Shown: in pieces, positions 13,581 to 25,095 of the stretch | How the letters are laid out: the number at the start of each line of letters is the position of its first letter | Position numbering within the stretch: the first letter of the stretch is position 1 | Position numbers and translations under genes: made by a program | Assembly (NCBI RefSeq): GCF_046119375.1 | Contig: NW_027362761.1 | Location: 537,788,001-537,852,000, forward strand | DNA from: Phyllobates terribilis | Lineage: Eukaryota | Length of the DNA stretch: 64,000 nucleotides | Reading direction: 5' to 3' | The notes under the pieces: generated by a model | Databases searched by the model: none | What the model was told of the DNA's origin: nothing | The model's input: the letters and a program-made list of their open reading frames with translations, nothing else

Positions 13581-14807
13581 CATACACCGAGGCTCAGATT
13601 CATCAAGACTGGCATTTTGTATGTCAGTTCAGATGAAGGGTACATCTCTTAATGAATTTGTGTTTGTGACATTTCAAACCATTTTTCACCAGAATTATGG
13701 CAAAATCTGTTTGATGAATCAGAGCCCGAAAGTAGCATTGACCACCAGATAACATTCTGCATGTACCTCCACCTATCACAATACGCCATGCCGGTCACAC
13801 ACATGACTCCCCTCCATAGAAAACCGCCCAATGTACAGGAAACATGATGGACCTCAGTCATTTCTTACACTGTTGAGGTAAAATGAAAGCTGAGCGATGA
13901 CTGGTTGCTATGGTAAAATGAAAACGGAACTCTGGTTGCTATGGGAAACAGAACAAAGCCAGTATTACTGTAAGACAGTTCTGGAGAATAGGTGTCGTCC
14001 TGTGCAAATCCCATAAGGGAAACGGGGGGCCTTGCTCTTCGAGGGCCTCTCTATGTTCATCTCTTGCCCACAAGGTGGGGTGACTGGATTCTCTCTATAC
14101 CTGTGCAGCATTTCTTGATTATTCTGTTGTATCTTTATGGTATTTGACTGATGTATAACAGGTCTTCTAGAAGTATAACTAAGGGTAATGTCTTAATAGG
14201 TCGTGGTTTGAAAAGATTCATGTGACTTCCACCCCAGGTTATTAGTATTTCAGTTTAAGCTGCTGTGACACCAAACACTGGCTCTTTGTCAGGTCAGTTG
14301 CGGTGACATCACTGCAGTAAGGTCACTTCTCTGACATCGCAACAGTTTCAGGTTGTAAAGTGCTATAGATCTTTAACGAGGTCTCGGACTGGTAAGATTC
14401 GATGACATCATAACTAGTTTCAGTCAGACATCTTGGATAAGGGTCGCTACTGTTGATGACCATAATATGTTAGGCTATGTTCACATGTCCAGTTATCATC
14501 AGTTAAAACAGATCCAAAAGAAATCTGTTGACAAAAAAGTTGTGCAGAAACAACTTTTTTGTCCGTCTAAAAAAAAAAAAAAAATTCAACTGGATCCGTT
14601 TTTTCAATATTGAAGTCTATGGAAGACGGATCAGTTAATTAGCTATTTGCCTTCCATTTGAAACTGATCCGGTAAGGAAAAAAATTATGATCTTTTTTCA
14701 AGAAGAAAACGGATGTCTAATTCACAGATCCAGTTGAAAAACTAGATTATATGCTTATACTATTTTAGGTTGCTTTGACTACATGACCCCTGACATCATT
14801 CCCCCAT

Positions 14808-15399
14808 TGTCATGCTAGGTATGGGAAGAACCCAGTGTACGATGATGGGAAAAGGGAGGAAAGCCCAGAAACTAGGGAAAGGGGAAGTGGAGACCCCTAA
14901 GCAGATCTAACAACACCCTGACTCCCCTATTGTCCCTAAATAGGTTCCGCACATATCGACGAGCAGCATACCTTAGCCCTGGCTGACCCTAGAGCTAGGC
15001 CTTAGGTAGGGAGGGGCAGGGGTGAGCACTAGTCAGCTCCACTACAACTAAAGACAGACAAGGTAAACATTTAAGGGATACAATTAGCTTTGAGAAGACA
15101 CCAGAGAGATAACGACTACAATCCACAATGAAACTCCAAGGAGAATCTAGCCACCTGCTAGAATTCCAGACCTGAACAGAGGAATTAACTCTTTCACCAG
15201 CAACACTCTGGAGAAACTGAGTGCATTTAAAGATACAGCAAGGGTGTGGTAATTAGCAGCAGAAGGTGGAGATCACCGCTGGGTCCTAGAGAGGGAGGGA
15301 GGATGAAAGGATCAAGAAGGTGTCTGCAAGGCCAAGCGCAGCGACCTTTTACAGCCGGATCCAGAATGACTGTCTGCCAAACCTGACACAGCCGTGACA
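14808..15399. mobile_element. Probable solo LTR, about 590 bp
   Basis: TGTCA...TGACA termini, flanked by CCCAT/ACCAT (imperfect 5-bp TSD). It interrupts a GACTACATGACC short repeat. Confidence 0.65.
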
Positions 15400-15779
15400 A
15401 CCATGCTCTGACTACATGACCTCTGTCATCACGGTCCTGGACTACATGACCTCTTTGACATGACCTCTGACATTTTGACCACAGCACAGAGATACTAACA
15501 AGCAATGTTTCCCGCCCGGGCAGATGGAGCGTCCATATAATTCACCTGACTGGTCGCTATGATGTAATATTTGATAACTTGCTGGGATTATTAGTTCCTC
15601 AGCGCATGTACAGCTACATTTGCCTTAAATGTAGTAGAACTTCCATACATACAATTTGCAAAAAATACTTGCGGCGTCACAGATTAACTCTTTGGTGCCC
15701 TTTTGCTATAACCCTCTTTGGATCTGATTATCCATACACTTGTATTACTGTATTATTTACATGGATCTGGATACCTTAC

Positions 15780-16037
15780 ATCTGTTTATTTCATTGGATT
15801 ATCCACCTACAAGTCCATTCATTTAGGACTATTTACAGTTTTAGATTTATCAGTATTTGGTCAGTATTATTTCTCAGGAGTGGGAGCCAAAACCAGGAGT
15901 GGGTGATAAATGCAGAATTGGTGCACTGGTCTCTATTATACCTTTTCTCTGATTGTTCCTCACCTGGTTTTGGCTCCCACTCCTGAGAAAAAATACTGAC
16001 CGAATACTGACCAAATACTGAACACGTGACCATACCC
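15780..16037. mobile_element. Short palindromic Harbinger-type MITE; same family at 49921-50113, 50128-50293 and 59972-60154
   Basis: Shared core CAGTATTTGGTCAG...GAGCCAAAACCAGGAGTGGG...TGGTTTTGGCTC...CTGACCAAATACTG. Confidence 0.75.
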
Positions 16038-16233
16038 TAAGGAGTAAAGCCAGGCAGGGCTCTCCGACAGCCCCGGACATCCATTCCTGGGAGCTGCGCC
16101 TGCACAATACTTACAATCCTGAGCTTCTCCATCATGGACTATAAATATTACTTGATGTCACCCAACAAATTCGTTCTCCACCTCCTCCGTGACATCAGGC
16201 TTCCTGGTGACATCACGCCAGCATCCTTTACGT

Positions 16234-16235
<2 letters not shown>

Positions 16236-16282
<47 letters not shown>
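16236..16282. repeat. (TA)n microsatellite just left of the promoter
   Basis: Directly visible. Confidence 0.95.
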
Positions 16283-16289
<7 letters not shown>

Positions 16290-16640
16290 ACTCGTAACGT
16301 CTCGACTTCTCCAGCCAATCAGAATACGAGCTACAACCTGAGCACTAACCAATCATGGCTCAGAATCAGAATCCGCGTGGCCAATCATCAGCGCCTGAGC
16401 AGAACAGTTTCTGAATAAAAACTGACGTGGCTCCGCCTACTCGTCGAAGAAAAAAAAAAATACACGCTGTGTGGAGCTAAGCGGTGATTGGAGGTATGCG
16501 AGAACCTGCGGCCAATGAAATCGACTTGCACCAGGGTGCGTGGGCGGGTTTCCCGTGACGTCACAGCTGCTGCTAGTTGCCGGCAGTCTCTTGACTCTGG
16601 GATTCAGTTGGGTGCTGAGAAAGCAGCCGGGCGGCGGACG
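16290..16640. promoter_or_regulatory. CpG-rich TATA-less promoter of DNAJB5, probably bidirectional
   Basis: CCAAT at 16315, 16349, 16381 and 16512, ATTGG at 16487, TGACGTGG at 16423-16430, GC box GGGCGGG near 16542, perfect CRE TGACGTCA at 16556-16563. Confidence 0.75.
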
Positions 16641-16641
16641 G
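16515..16641 (+). other. DNAJB5: Probable DNAJB5 first (5'UTR) exon; 5' boundary uncertain
   Basis: CpG-rich segment ending in consensus donor CGG|gtaagt at 16642, just downstream of promoter motifs. It is the best upstream partner seen for the acceptor at 32938. Confidence 0.65.
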
Positions 16642-17389
16642 GTAAGTAAGCGCTGTTCTGCGCATGCGTGTGACTGATTATTTGACCATTTGTGCCTGCT
16701 TGTTACCATGCATCACTGCAGTGGGTCAGATCACCTGGAGGAGGGAGGAGGAGATTGTCACCCGCTGCCTGCAGACATTGCCGGCACCCTGTGAACGAAG
16801 ACCTGGAACTGTCAGATCCGCATATTAGGGGTTATTCTACAGTATAGAGCACCCCTTTAAGAGCAGGCATCTCCCTTTAATTCTATAATTACCATTGTGT
16901 GGTCAGCTCTAATTATGTGTTCCCCACTACTATCACCCCCATCCTCTGCCCTCTCACCCGTCATTAATATTATGTGACCCGCCCCCCTTAATTTAGGCAG
17001 CAATTGAAATGTGATGTGAGTATGTAGGAAATGTTTTACCCCTTGAATGGTCCTGGGACCCTGACGCTGATCTTGAGATCAGGGCGATCTCTATGGCTTA
17101 TTGTTTCCTCACCCATGCCCTGTGCTGGTACACTACGGATCCTGTAGGGTCATACGGGCAGCAGTGTGTCCCCGAGCCATGACTTCTGTCACCATCCGTC
17201 CCATGACCCTTATTTTAGGACTAGCGGTTTGGGGAGCCTTCGATTGGTAGCGACGTAAGAAACAGACTTGGGACCATAGTGCGTCCCTGTGTGTATACTA
17301 CCGGGAATCATGGGACGGGAAGGACCAGAGCTCTTCTGTCTGGTTCCCTTAGTCTGTGATCCTCCCCTCCATAATGATCCCCCCTTCCA

Positions 17390-20300
17390 TAGTCTATGAT
17401 CCCCCCCCCCCCTTCCATAGTCAGTGATCACCCCCCCCTTCCATAGTCAGTGATCACCCCCCCCTTCCATAGTCAGTGATCACCCCCCCCCTTCCATAGT
17501 CAGTGATCACCCCCCCCCCCTTCCATAGTCAGTGATCACCCCCCCTTCCATAGTCAGTGATCACCCCCCCCTTCCATAGTCAGTGATCACCCCCCCCTTC
17601 CATAGTCAGTGATCCCCCCCCCCTTCCATAGTCAGTGATCACCCCCCCCTTCCATAGTCAGTGATCACCCCCCCCTTCCATAGTCAGTGATCACCCCCCC
17701 CTTCCATAGTCAGTGATCACCCCCCCCTTCCATAGTCAGTGATCACCCCCCCCTTCCATAGTCAGTGATCACCCCCCCCTTCCATAGTCAGTGATCACCC
17801 CCCCCTTCCATAGTCAGTGATCACCCCCCCCTTCCATAGTCAGTGATCACCCCCCCCTTCCATAGTCAGTGATCACCCCCCCTTCCATAGTCAGTGATCA
17901 CCCCCCCCTTCCATAGTCAGTGATCACCCCCCCCTTCCATAGTCAGTGATCACCCCCCCCTTCCATAGTCAGTGATCACCCCCCCCTTCCATAGTCAGTG
18001 ATCACCCCCCCCTTCCATAGTCAGTGATCACCCCCCCCTTCCATAGTCAGTGATCACCCCCCCCTTCCATAGTCAGTGATCACCCCCCCCTTCCATAGTC
18101 AGTGATCACCCCCCCCTTCCATAGTCAGTGATCACCCCCCCCTTCCATAGTCAGTGATCACCCCCCCCTTCCATAGTCAGTGATCACCCCCCCCTTCCAT
18201 AGTCAGTGATCACCCCCCCCTTCCATAGTCAGTGATCACCCCCCCCTTCCATAGTCAGTGATCACCCCCCCCTTCCATAGTCAGTGATCACCCCCCCCTT
18301 CCATAGTCAGTGATCACCCCCCCCTTCCATAGTCAGTGATCACCCCCCCCTTCCATAGTCAGTGATCACCCCCCCCTTCCATAGTCAGTGATCACCCCCC
18401 CCTTCCATAGTCAGTGATCACCCCCCCCTTCCATAGTCAGTGATCACCCCCCCCTTCCATAGTCAGTGATCACCCCCCCCTTCCATAGTCAGTGATCACC
18501 CCCCCCTTCCATAGTCAGTGATCACCCCCCCCTTCCATAGTCAGTGATCACCCCCCCCTTCCATAGTCAGTGATCACCCCCCCCTTCCATAGTCAGTGAT
18601 CACCCCCCCCTTCCATAGTCAGTGATCACCCCCCCCTTCCATAGTCAGTGATCACCCCCCCCTTCCATAGTCAGTGATCACCCCCCCCTTCCATAGTCAG
18701 TGATCACCCCCCCCTTCCATAGTCAGTGATCACCCCCCCCTTCCATAGTCAGTGATCACCCCCCCCTTCCATAGTCAGTGATCACCCCCCCCTTCCATAG
18801 TCAGTGATCACCCCCCCCTTCCATAGTCAGTGATCACCCCCCCCTTCCATAGTCAGTGATCACCCCCCCCTTCCATAGTCAGTGATCACCCCCCCCTTCC
18901 ATAGTCAGTGATCACCCCCCCCTTCCATAGTCAGTGATCACCCCCCCCTTCCATAGTCAGTGATCACCCCCCCCTTCCATAGTCAGTGATCACCCCCCCC
19001 TTCCATAGTCAGTGATCACCCCCCCCTTCCATAGTCAGTGATCACCCCCCCCTTCCATAGTCAGTGATCACCCCCCCCTTCCATAGTCAGTGATCACCCC
19101 CCCCTTCCATAGTCAGTGATCACCCCCCCCTTCCATAGTCAGTGATCACCCCCCCCTTCCATAGTCAGTGATCACCCCCCCCTTCCATAGTCAGTGATCA
19201 CCCCCCCCTTCCATAGTCAGTGATCACCCCCCCCTTCCATAGTCAGTGATCACCCCCCCCTTCCATAGTCAGTGATCACCCCCCCCTTCCATAGTCAGTG
19301 ATCACCCCCCCCTTCCATAGTCAGTGATCACCCCCCCCTTCCATAGTCAGTGATCACCCCCCCCTTCCATAGTCAGTGATCACCCCCCCCTTCCATAGTC
19401 AGTGATCACCCCCCCCTTCCATAGTCAGTGATCACCCCCCCCTTCCATAGTCAGTGATCACCCCCCCCTTCCATAGTCAGTGATCACCCCCCCCTTCCAT
19501 AGTCAGTGATCACCCCCCCCTTCCATAGTCAGTGATCACCCCCCCCTTCCATAGTCAGTGATCACCCCCCCCTTCCATAGTCAGTGATCACCCCCCCCTT
19601 CCATAGTCAGTGATCACCCCCCCCTTCCATAGTCAGTGATCACCCCCCCCTTCCATAGTCAGTGATCACCCCCCCCTTCCATAGTCAGTGATCACCCCCC
19701 CCTTCCATAGTCAGTGATCACCCCCCCCTTCCATAGTCAGTGATCACCCCCCCCTTCCATAGTCAGTGATCACCCCCCCCTTCCATAGTCAGTGATCACC
19801 CCCCCCTTCCATAGTCAGTGATCACCCCCCCCTTCCATAGTCAGTGATCACCCCCCCCTTCCATAGTCAGTGATCACCCCCCCCTTCCATAGTCAGTGAT
19901 CACCCCCCCCTTCCATAGTCAGTGATCACCCCCCCCTTCCATAGTCAGTGATCACCCCCCCCTTCCATAGTCAGTGATCACCCCCCCCTTCCATAGTCAG
20001 TGATCACCCCCCCCTTCCATAGTCAGTGATCACCCCCCCCTTCCATAGTCAGTGATCACCCCCCCCTTCCATAGTCAGTGATCACCCCCCCCTTCCATAG
20101 TCAGTGATCACCCCCCCCTTCCATAGTCAGTGATCACCCCCCCCCTTCCATAGTCAGTGATCACCCCCCCCCTTCCATAGTCAGTGATCACCCCCCCCTT
20201 CCATAGTCAGTGATCACCCCCCCCTTCCATAGTCAGTGATCACCCCCCCCTTCCATAGTCAGTGATCACCCCCCCCTTCCATAGTCAGTGATCACCCCCC

Positions 20301-23160
20301 CCTTCCATAGTCAGTGATCACCCCCCCCTTCCATAGTCAGTGATCACCCCCCCCTTCCATAGTCAGTGATCACCCCCCCCTTCCATAGTCAGTGATCACC
20401 CCCCCCTTCCATAGTCAGTGATCACCCCCCCCTTCCATAGTCAGTGATCACCCCCCCCTTCCATAGTCAGTGATCACCCCCCCCTTCCATAGTCAGTGAT
20501 CACCCCCCCCTTCCATAGTCAGTGATCACCCCCCCCTTCCATAGTCAGTGATCACCCCCCCCTTCCATAGTCAGTGATCACCCCCCCCTTCCATAGTCAG
20601 TGATCACCCCCCCCTTCCATAGTCAGTGATCACCCCCCCCTTCCATAGTCAGTGATCACCCCCCCCTTCCATAGTCAGTGATCACCCCCCCCTTCCATAG
20701 TCAGTGATCACCCCCCCCTTCCATAGTCAGTGATCACCCCCCCCTTCCATAGTCAGTGATCACCCCCCCCTTCCATAGTCAGTGATCACCCCCCCCTTCC
20801 ATAGTCAGTGATCACCCCCCCCTTCCATAGTCAGTGATCACCCCCCCCTTCCATAGTCAGTGATCACCCCCCCCTTCCATAGTCAGTGATCACCCCCCCC
20901 TTCCATAGTCAGTGATCACCCCCCCCCTTCCATAGTCAGTGATCACCCCCCCCTTCCATAGTCAGTGATCACCCCCCCCTTCCATAGTCAGTGATCACCC
21001 CCCCCTTCCATAGTCAGTGATCACCCCCCCCTTCCATAGTCAGTGATCACCCCCCCCTTCCATAGTCAGTGATCACCCCCCCCTTCCATAGTCAGTGATC
21101 ACCCCCCCCTTCCATAGTCAGTGATCACCCCCCCCTTCCATAGTCAGTGATCACCCCCCCCTTCCATAGTCAGTGATCACCCCCCCCTTCCATAGTCAGT
21201 GATCACCCCCCCCTTCCATAGTCAGTGATCACCCCCCCCTTCCATAGTCAGTGATCACCCCCCCCTTCCATAGTCAGTGATCACCCCCCCCTTCCATAGT
21301 CAGTGATCACCCCCCCCTTCCATAGTCAGTGATCACCCCCCCCTTCCATAGTCAGTGATCACCCCCCCCTTCCATAGTCAGTGATCACCCCCCCCTTCCA
21401 TAGTCAGTGATCACCCCCCCCTTCCATAGTCAGTGATCACCCCCCCCTTCCATAGTCAGTGATCACCCCCCCCTTCCATAGTCAGTGATCACCCCCCCTT
21501 CCATAGTCAGTGATCACCCCCCCCTTCCATAGTCAGTGATCACCCCCCCCTTCCATAGTCAGTGATCACCCCCCCCTTCCATAGTCAGTGATCACCCCCC
21601 CCTTCCATAGTCAGTGATCACCCCCCCCTTCCATAGTCAGTGATCACCCCCCCCTTCCATAGTCAGTGATCACCCCCCCCTTCCATAGTCAGTGATCACC
21701 CCCCCCTTCCATAGTCAGTGATCACCCCCCCCTTCCATAGTCAGTGATCACCCCCCCCTTCCATAGTCAGTGATCACCCCCCCCTTCCATAGTCAGTGAT
21801 CACCCCCCCCTTCCATAGTCAGTGATCACCCCCCCCTTCCATAGTCAGTGATCACCCCCCCCTTCCATAGTCAGTGATCACCCCCCCCTTCCATAGTCAG
21901 TGATCACCCCCCCCTTCCATAGTCAGTGATCACCCCCCCCCTTCCATAGTCAGTGATCACCCCCCCCTTCCATAGTCAGTGATCACCCCCCCCTTCCATA
22001 GTCAGTGATCACCCCCCCCTTCCATAGTCAGTGATCACCCCCCCCTTCCATAGTCAGTGATCACCCCCCCCTTCCATAGTCAGTGATCACCCCCCCCTTC
22101 CATAGTCAGTGATCACCCCCCCCTTCCATAGTCAGTGATCACCCCCCCCTTCCATAGTCAGTGATCACCCCCCCCTTCCATAGTCAGTGATCACCCCCCC
22201 CTTCCATAGTCAGTGATCACCCCCCCCTTCCATAGTCAGTGATCACCCCCCCCTTCCATAGTCAGTGATCACCCCCCCCTTCCATAGTCAGTGATCACCC
22301 CCCCCCTTCCATAGTCAGTGATCACCCCCCCCTTCCATAGTCAGTGATCACCCCCCCCTTCCATAGTCAGTGATCACCCCCCCCTTCCATAGTCAGTGAT
22401 CACCCCCCCCTTCCATAGTCAGTGATCACCCCCCCCTTCCATAGTCAGTGATCACCCCCCCCTTCCATAGTCAGTGATCACCCCCCCCCTTCCATAGTCA
22501 GTGATCACCCCCCCCTTCCATAGTCAGTGATCACCCCCCCCTTCCATAGTCAGTGATCACCCCCCCCTTCCATAGTCAGTGATCACCCCCCCCTTCCATA
22601 GTCAGTGATCACCCCCCCCTTCCATAGTCAGTGATCACCCCCCCCTTCCATAGTCAGTGATCACCCCCCCCTTCCATAGTCAGTGATCACCCCCCCCTTC
22701 CATAGTCAGTGATCACCCCCCCCTTCCATAGTCAGTGATCACCCCCCCCCTTCCATAGTCAGTGATCACCCCCCCCCTTCCATAGTCAGTGATCACCCCC
22801 CCCCTTCCATAGTCAGTGATCACCCCCCCCCTTCCATAGTCAGTGATCACCCCCCCCCTTCCATAGTCAGTGATCACCCCCCCCTTCCATAGTCAGTGAT
22901 CACCCCCCCCCTTCCATAGTCAGTGATCACCCCCCCCTTCCATAGTCAGTGATCACCCCCCCCTTCCATAGTCAGTGATCACCCCCCCCCTTCCATAGTC
23001 AGTGATCACCCCCCCCCTTCCATAGTCAGTGATCACCCCCCCCTTCCATAGTCAGTGATCACCCCCCCCTTCCATAGTCAGTGATCACCCCCCCCTTCCA
23101 TAGTCAGTGATCACCCCCCCCTTCCATAGTCAGTGATCACCCCCCCCCCCCTTCCATAGT
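17390..23160 (+). repeat. 26-bp satellite (TTCCATAGTCAGTGATCA-C8)n, about 220 copies, in DNAJB5 intron 1
   Basis: Period 26 (e.g. 17961 to 17987). Variation through the body is almost only in C-run length. Confidence 0.97.
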
Positions 23161-24859
23161 CCGTTATCTCTTCCCCCCTTCCATAGCCTTCCTCCATAGT
23201 AAGTGATCTCCCTCCATCTTCACGGAAACATCTCAGCTGTGACCCCCACACTGGCATGTTACCCGTCTCTTTCCACCATGTCCTCACCAAGGAGTTCATG
23301 CCTGGTAACGTGACTGGGAATTACCACGCTCGAGAGGCTTCATTCATAGGGAGGACGGCGGGGAACGCTGCCACGGCGCTCCCAGTCCATTCAGTCTCCC
23401 AGCGACCAGGGGAAAATCTAAATCCCCCCTCTTACCTCATCCCTCTAATTACAGATAAGGTGGGGGGCATGATGTCATGTTTTATTATCTAGGTTGGGTG
23501 AGAGGACAAATTAACCTTATAAGGACTTCTACTTTAGCGACGCCAGTAGCACGATCAATGATTTTTACATAGGACTGCATTTGCATTACATCCAAATCCA
23601 ATGGGGGGGTATTTGGGCTTTGCTACATCCGTCGCTCCTGTGAGGGTCTTGGCGCTTTCCCTCTTCTCCTGCGGGGTAACCATGGAATTAAGGTTCCTCC
23701 TTGTCGTCTGAGACGGTCTGTGCCATGTGGGACAAGGAAGGATCCCATTCTGTCTGTCACAAGTGTTGGGTCTGCAGAGCTTTCTGTGTCCATCTGTGAT
23801 GTGCAGAGCGAGCGACCCTCCCTGCACATCACTCCATTCTATATCTAGCACTGGAATCTGTCCCCTCCCCCTCTTCCAATTCCCAGAAATCCCAGAGCTG
23901 GAATCTAATCCGGATGTTTTCTTTACACAGCAGTTCACACTAATTGATGCTCATTTGCATGAAAACATCCTAATTGCTCCATTAATGATTGATTACCGTA
24001 CGAGGTGGAAGCTTTGGATCTGTTGAGACTTTGTAGTGCCGCGTCTGATAAAAAAAAAAATTGGGAGCTAGAGAAGGTTAATTATTTTTTTTTTTAAATT
24101 CCAATTTTTTTCCTTATTGTTTCAAACTATTAAGGCTATTTTAGTTAAAGGGGTTCTCTGGGTTTACGATATTGATGACATATCAATAGCAGATCGCTTG
24201 GAGTCCGACACCCGGCGCCGCCATCGATCAGCTGTTATTACTTCTGACCGCAGACAGATTTAACCTCTTCGCAGCTCGGATCAGTGTGTAGCGGTCCCTG
24301 CTGGGTACTGCAGATTGTCTACTATTCTTTTGAAGGATGGACCTAATTACAGCTGATCTTTAGGGTGCCCGATGTTGGACCCCACTTGATCGGATATTGA
24401 TGACCTTTCCTTAGGATTGTTCACTTATACCCTATGCCTAGACAACCCCTTTATATGTCGTTGCTCCATGATCCATTTCTAATGCTCTTGTGCCCATTGT
24501 AGGCACTTTCAGGAATGGACAGGTGTCAGCATGGGTACTCTGATCAATCTGTGACTACACAGCTCCCTATGGCTGAGGGACAACTGCTTACCTGGCAGTA
24601 ACCGTCTCAACCATGTGCTACAGTCGCTCTTCTGGGAGATCGGACCAGACTGGCTCGCCTTCATTCCCCACTCACTTGGGCTCACACAGGTTCACCGATC
24701 GTCCTTTTATTGGACAACTTTTGGTAGCCACTAATCACTGCATACGGAAACCCCCTGCAGGTCTTGACATTTTGGAGAATCTATGACCTAGTCATTTTTC
24801 CTGCTTCCAACACATCAGCTGCAAGATTGGGCTGTTCTCTGTTCATGGCGCTCTGTTAC

Positions 24860-25095
24860 AGCGCCATTAATTCCACAGCGCTTTACATACATCATCATCG
24901 CTGTCCCCATTGGGGCTCACAATCTAGATTCCCTATCAGTATGTCTTTGGAGTGTGGGAGGAAACTGGAGAACCCGGAGGAAACCCACACAAACACAGGG
25001 AGAACATACAAACTCCTTGCAAATGTTGTCCTTGGTGGGATTTGAACCCAGGACTCCAGCACTGCAAAGCAACAGTCTTAACCACTGAGCCATTA
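24860..25095 (-). mobile_element. tRNA-derived SINE (V-SINE-like)
   Basis: Reverse complement begins ...GGCTCAGTGGTTAAGACTGTTGC...GGGTTCAAATCCCACC (pol III A/B-box-like), followed by GTATGTTCTCCCTGTGTTTGTGTGGGTTTCCTCCGGG. Confidence 0.75.

Larger units (their letters stand above)
178..16135 (-). other. Candidate divergent spliced transcript; putative exons 16135-16115, 15623-15546, 9907-9891, 5065-5010, 312-178; product unrecognised
   Basis: GT-AG-bounded segments. The last four join in one open frame (KCSCTCAEELIIPASYQILHHSDQSG-APFGM-VLADDLKRQLVLIARQLIR-HGPSS...FHGNR). No homologue recognised. Confidence 0.3.

Noticed and set aside
11979-13752. Long ORFs (up to 534 aa) on both strands with mucin-like or Cys/His repeats
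   Set aside because: They arise from a 30-bp tandem repeat lacking stops in most frames. There are no splice signals or unique domain, and several frames are equally open.
16400-16420. Possible heat-shock element (GAACAGTTTCTGAA) in the Hsp40 promoter
   Set aside because: The spacing does not fit nGAAnnTTCnnGAAn.
17390-23160. CRISPR-like regular repeat array
   Set aside because: No unique spacers and a eukaryotic context: it is a simple satellite.
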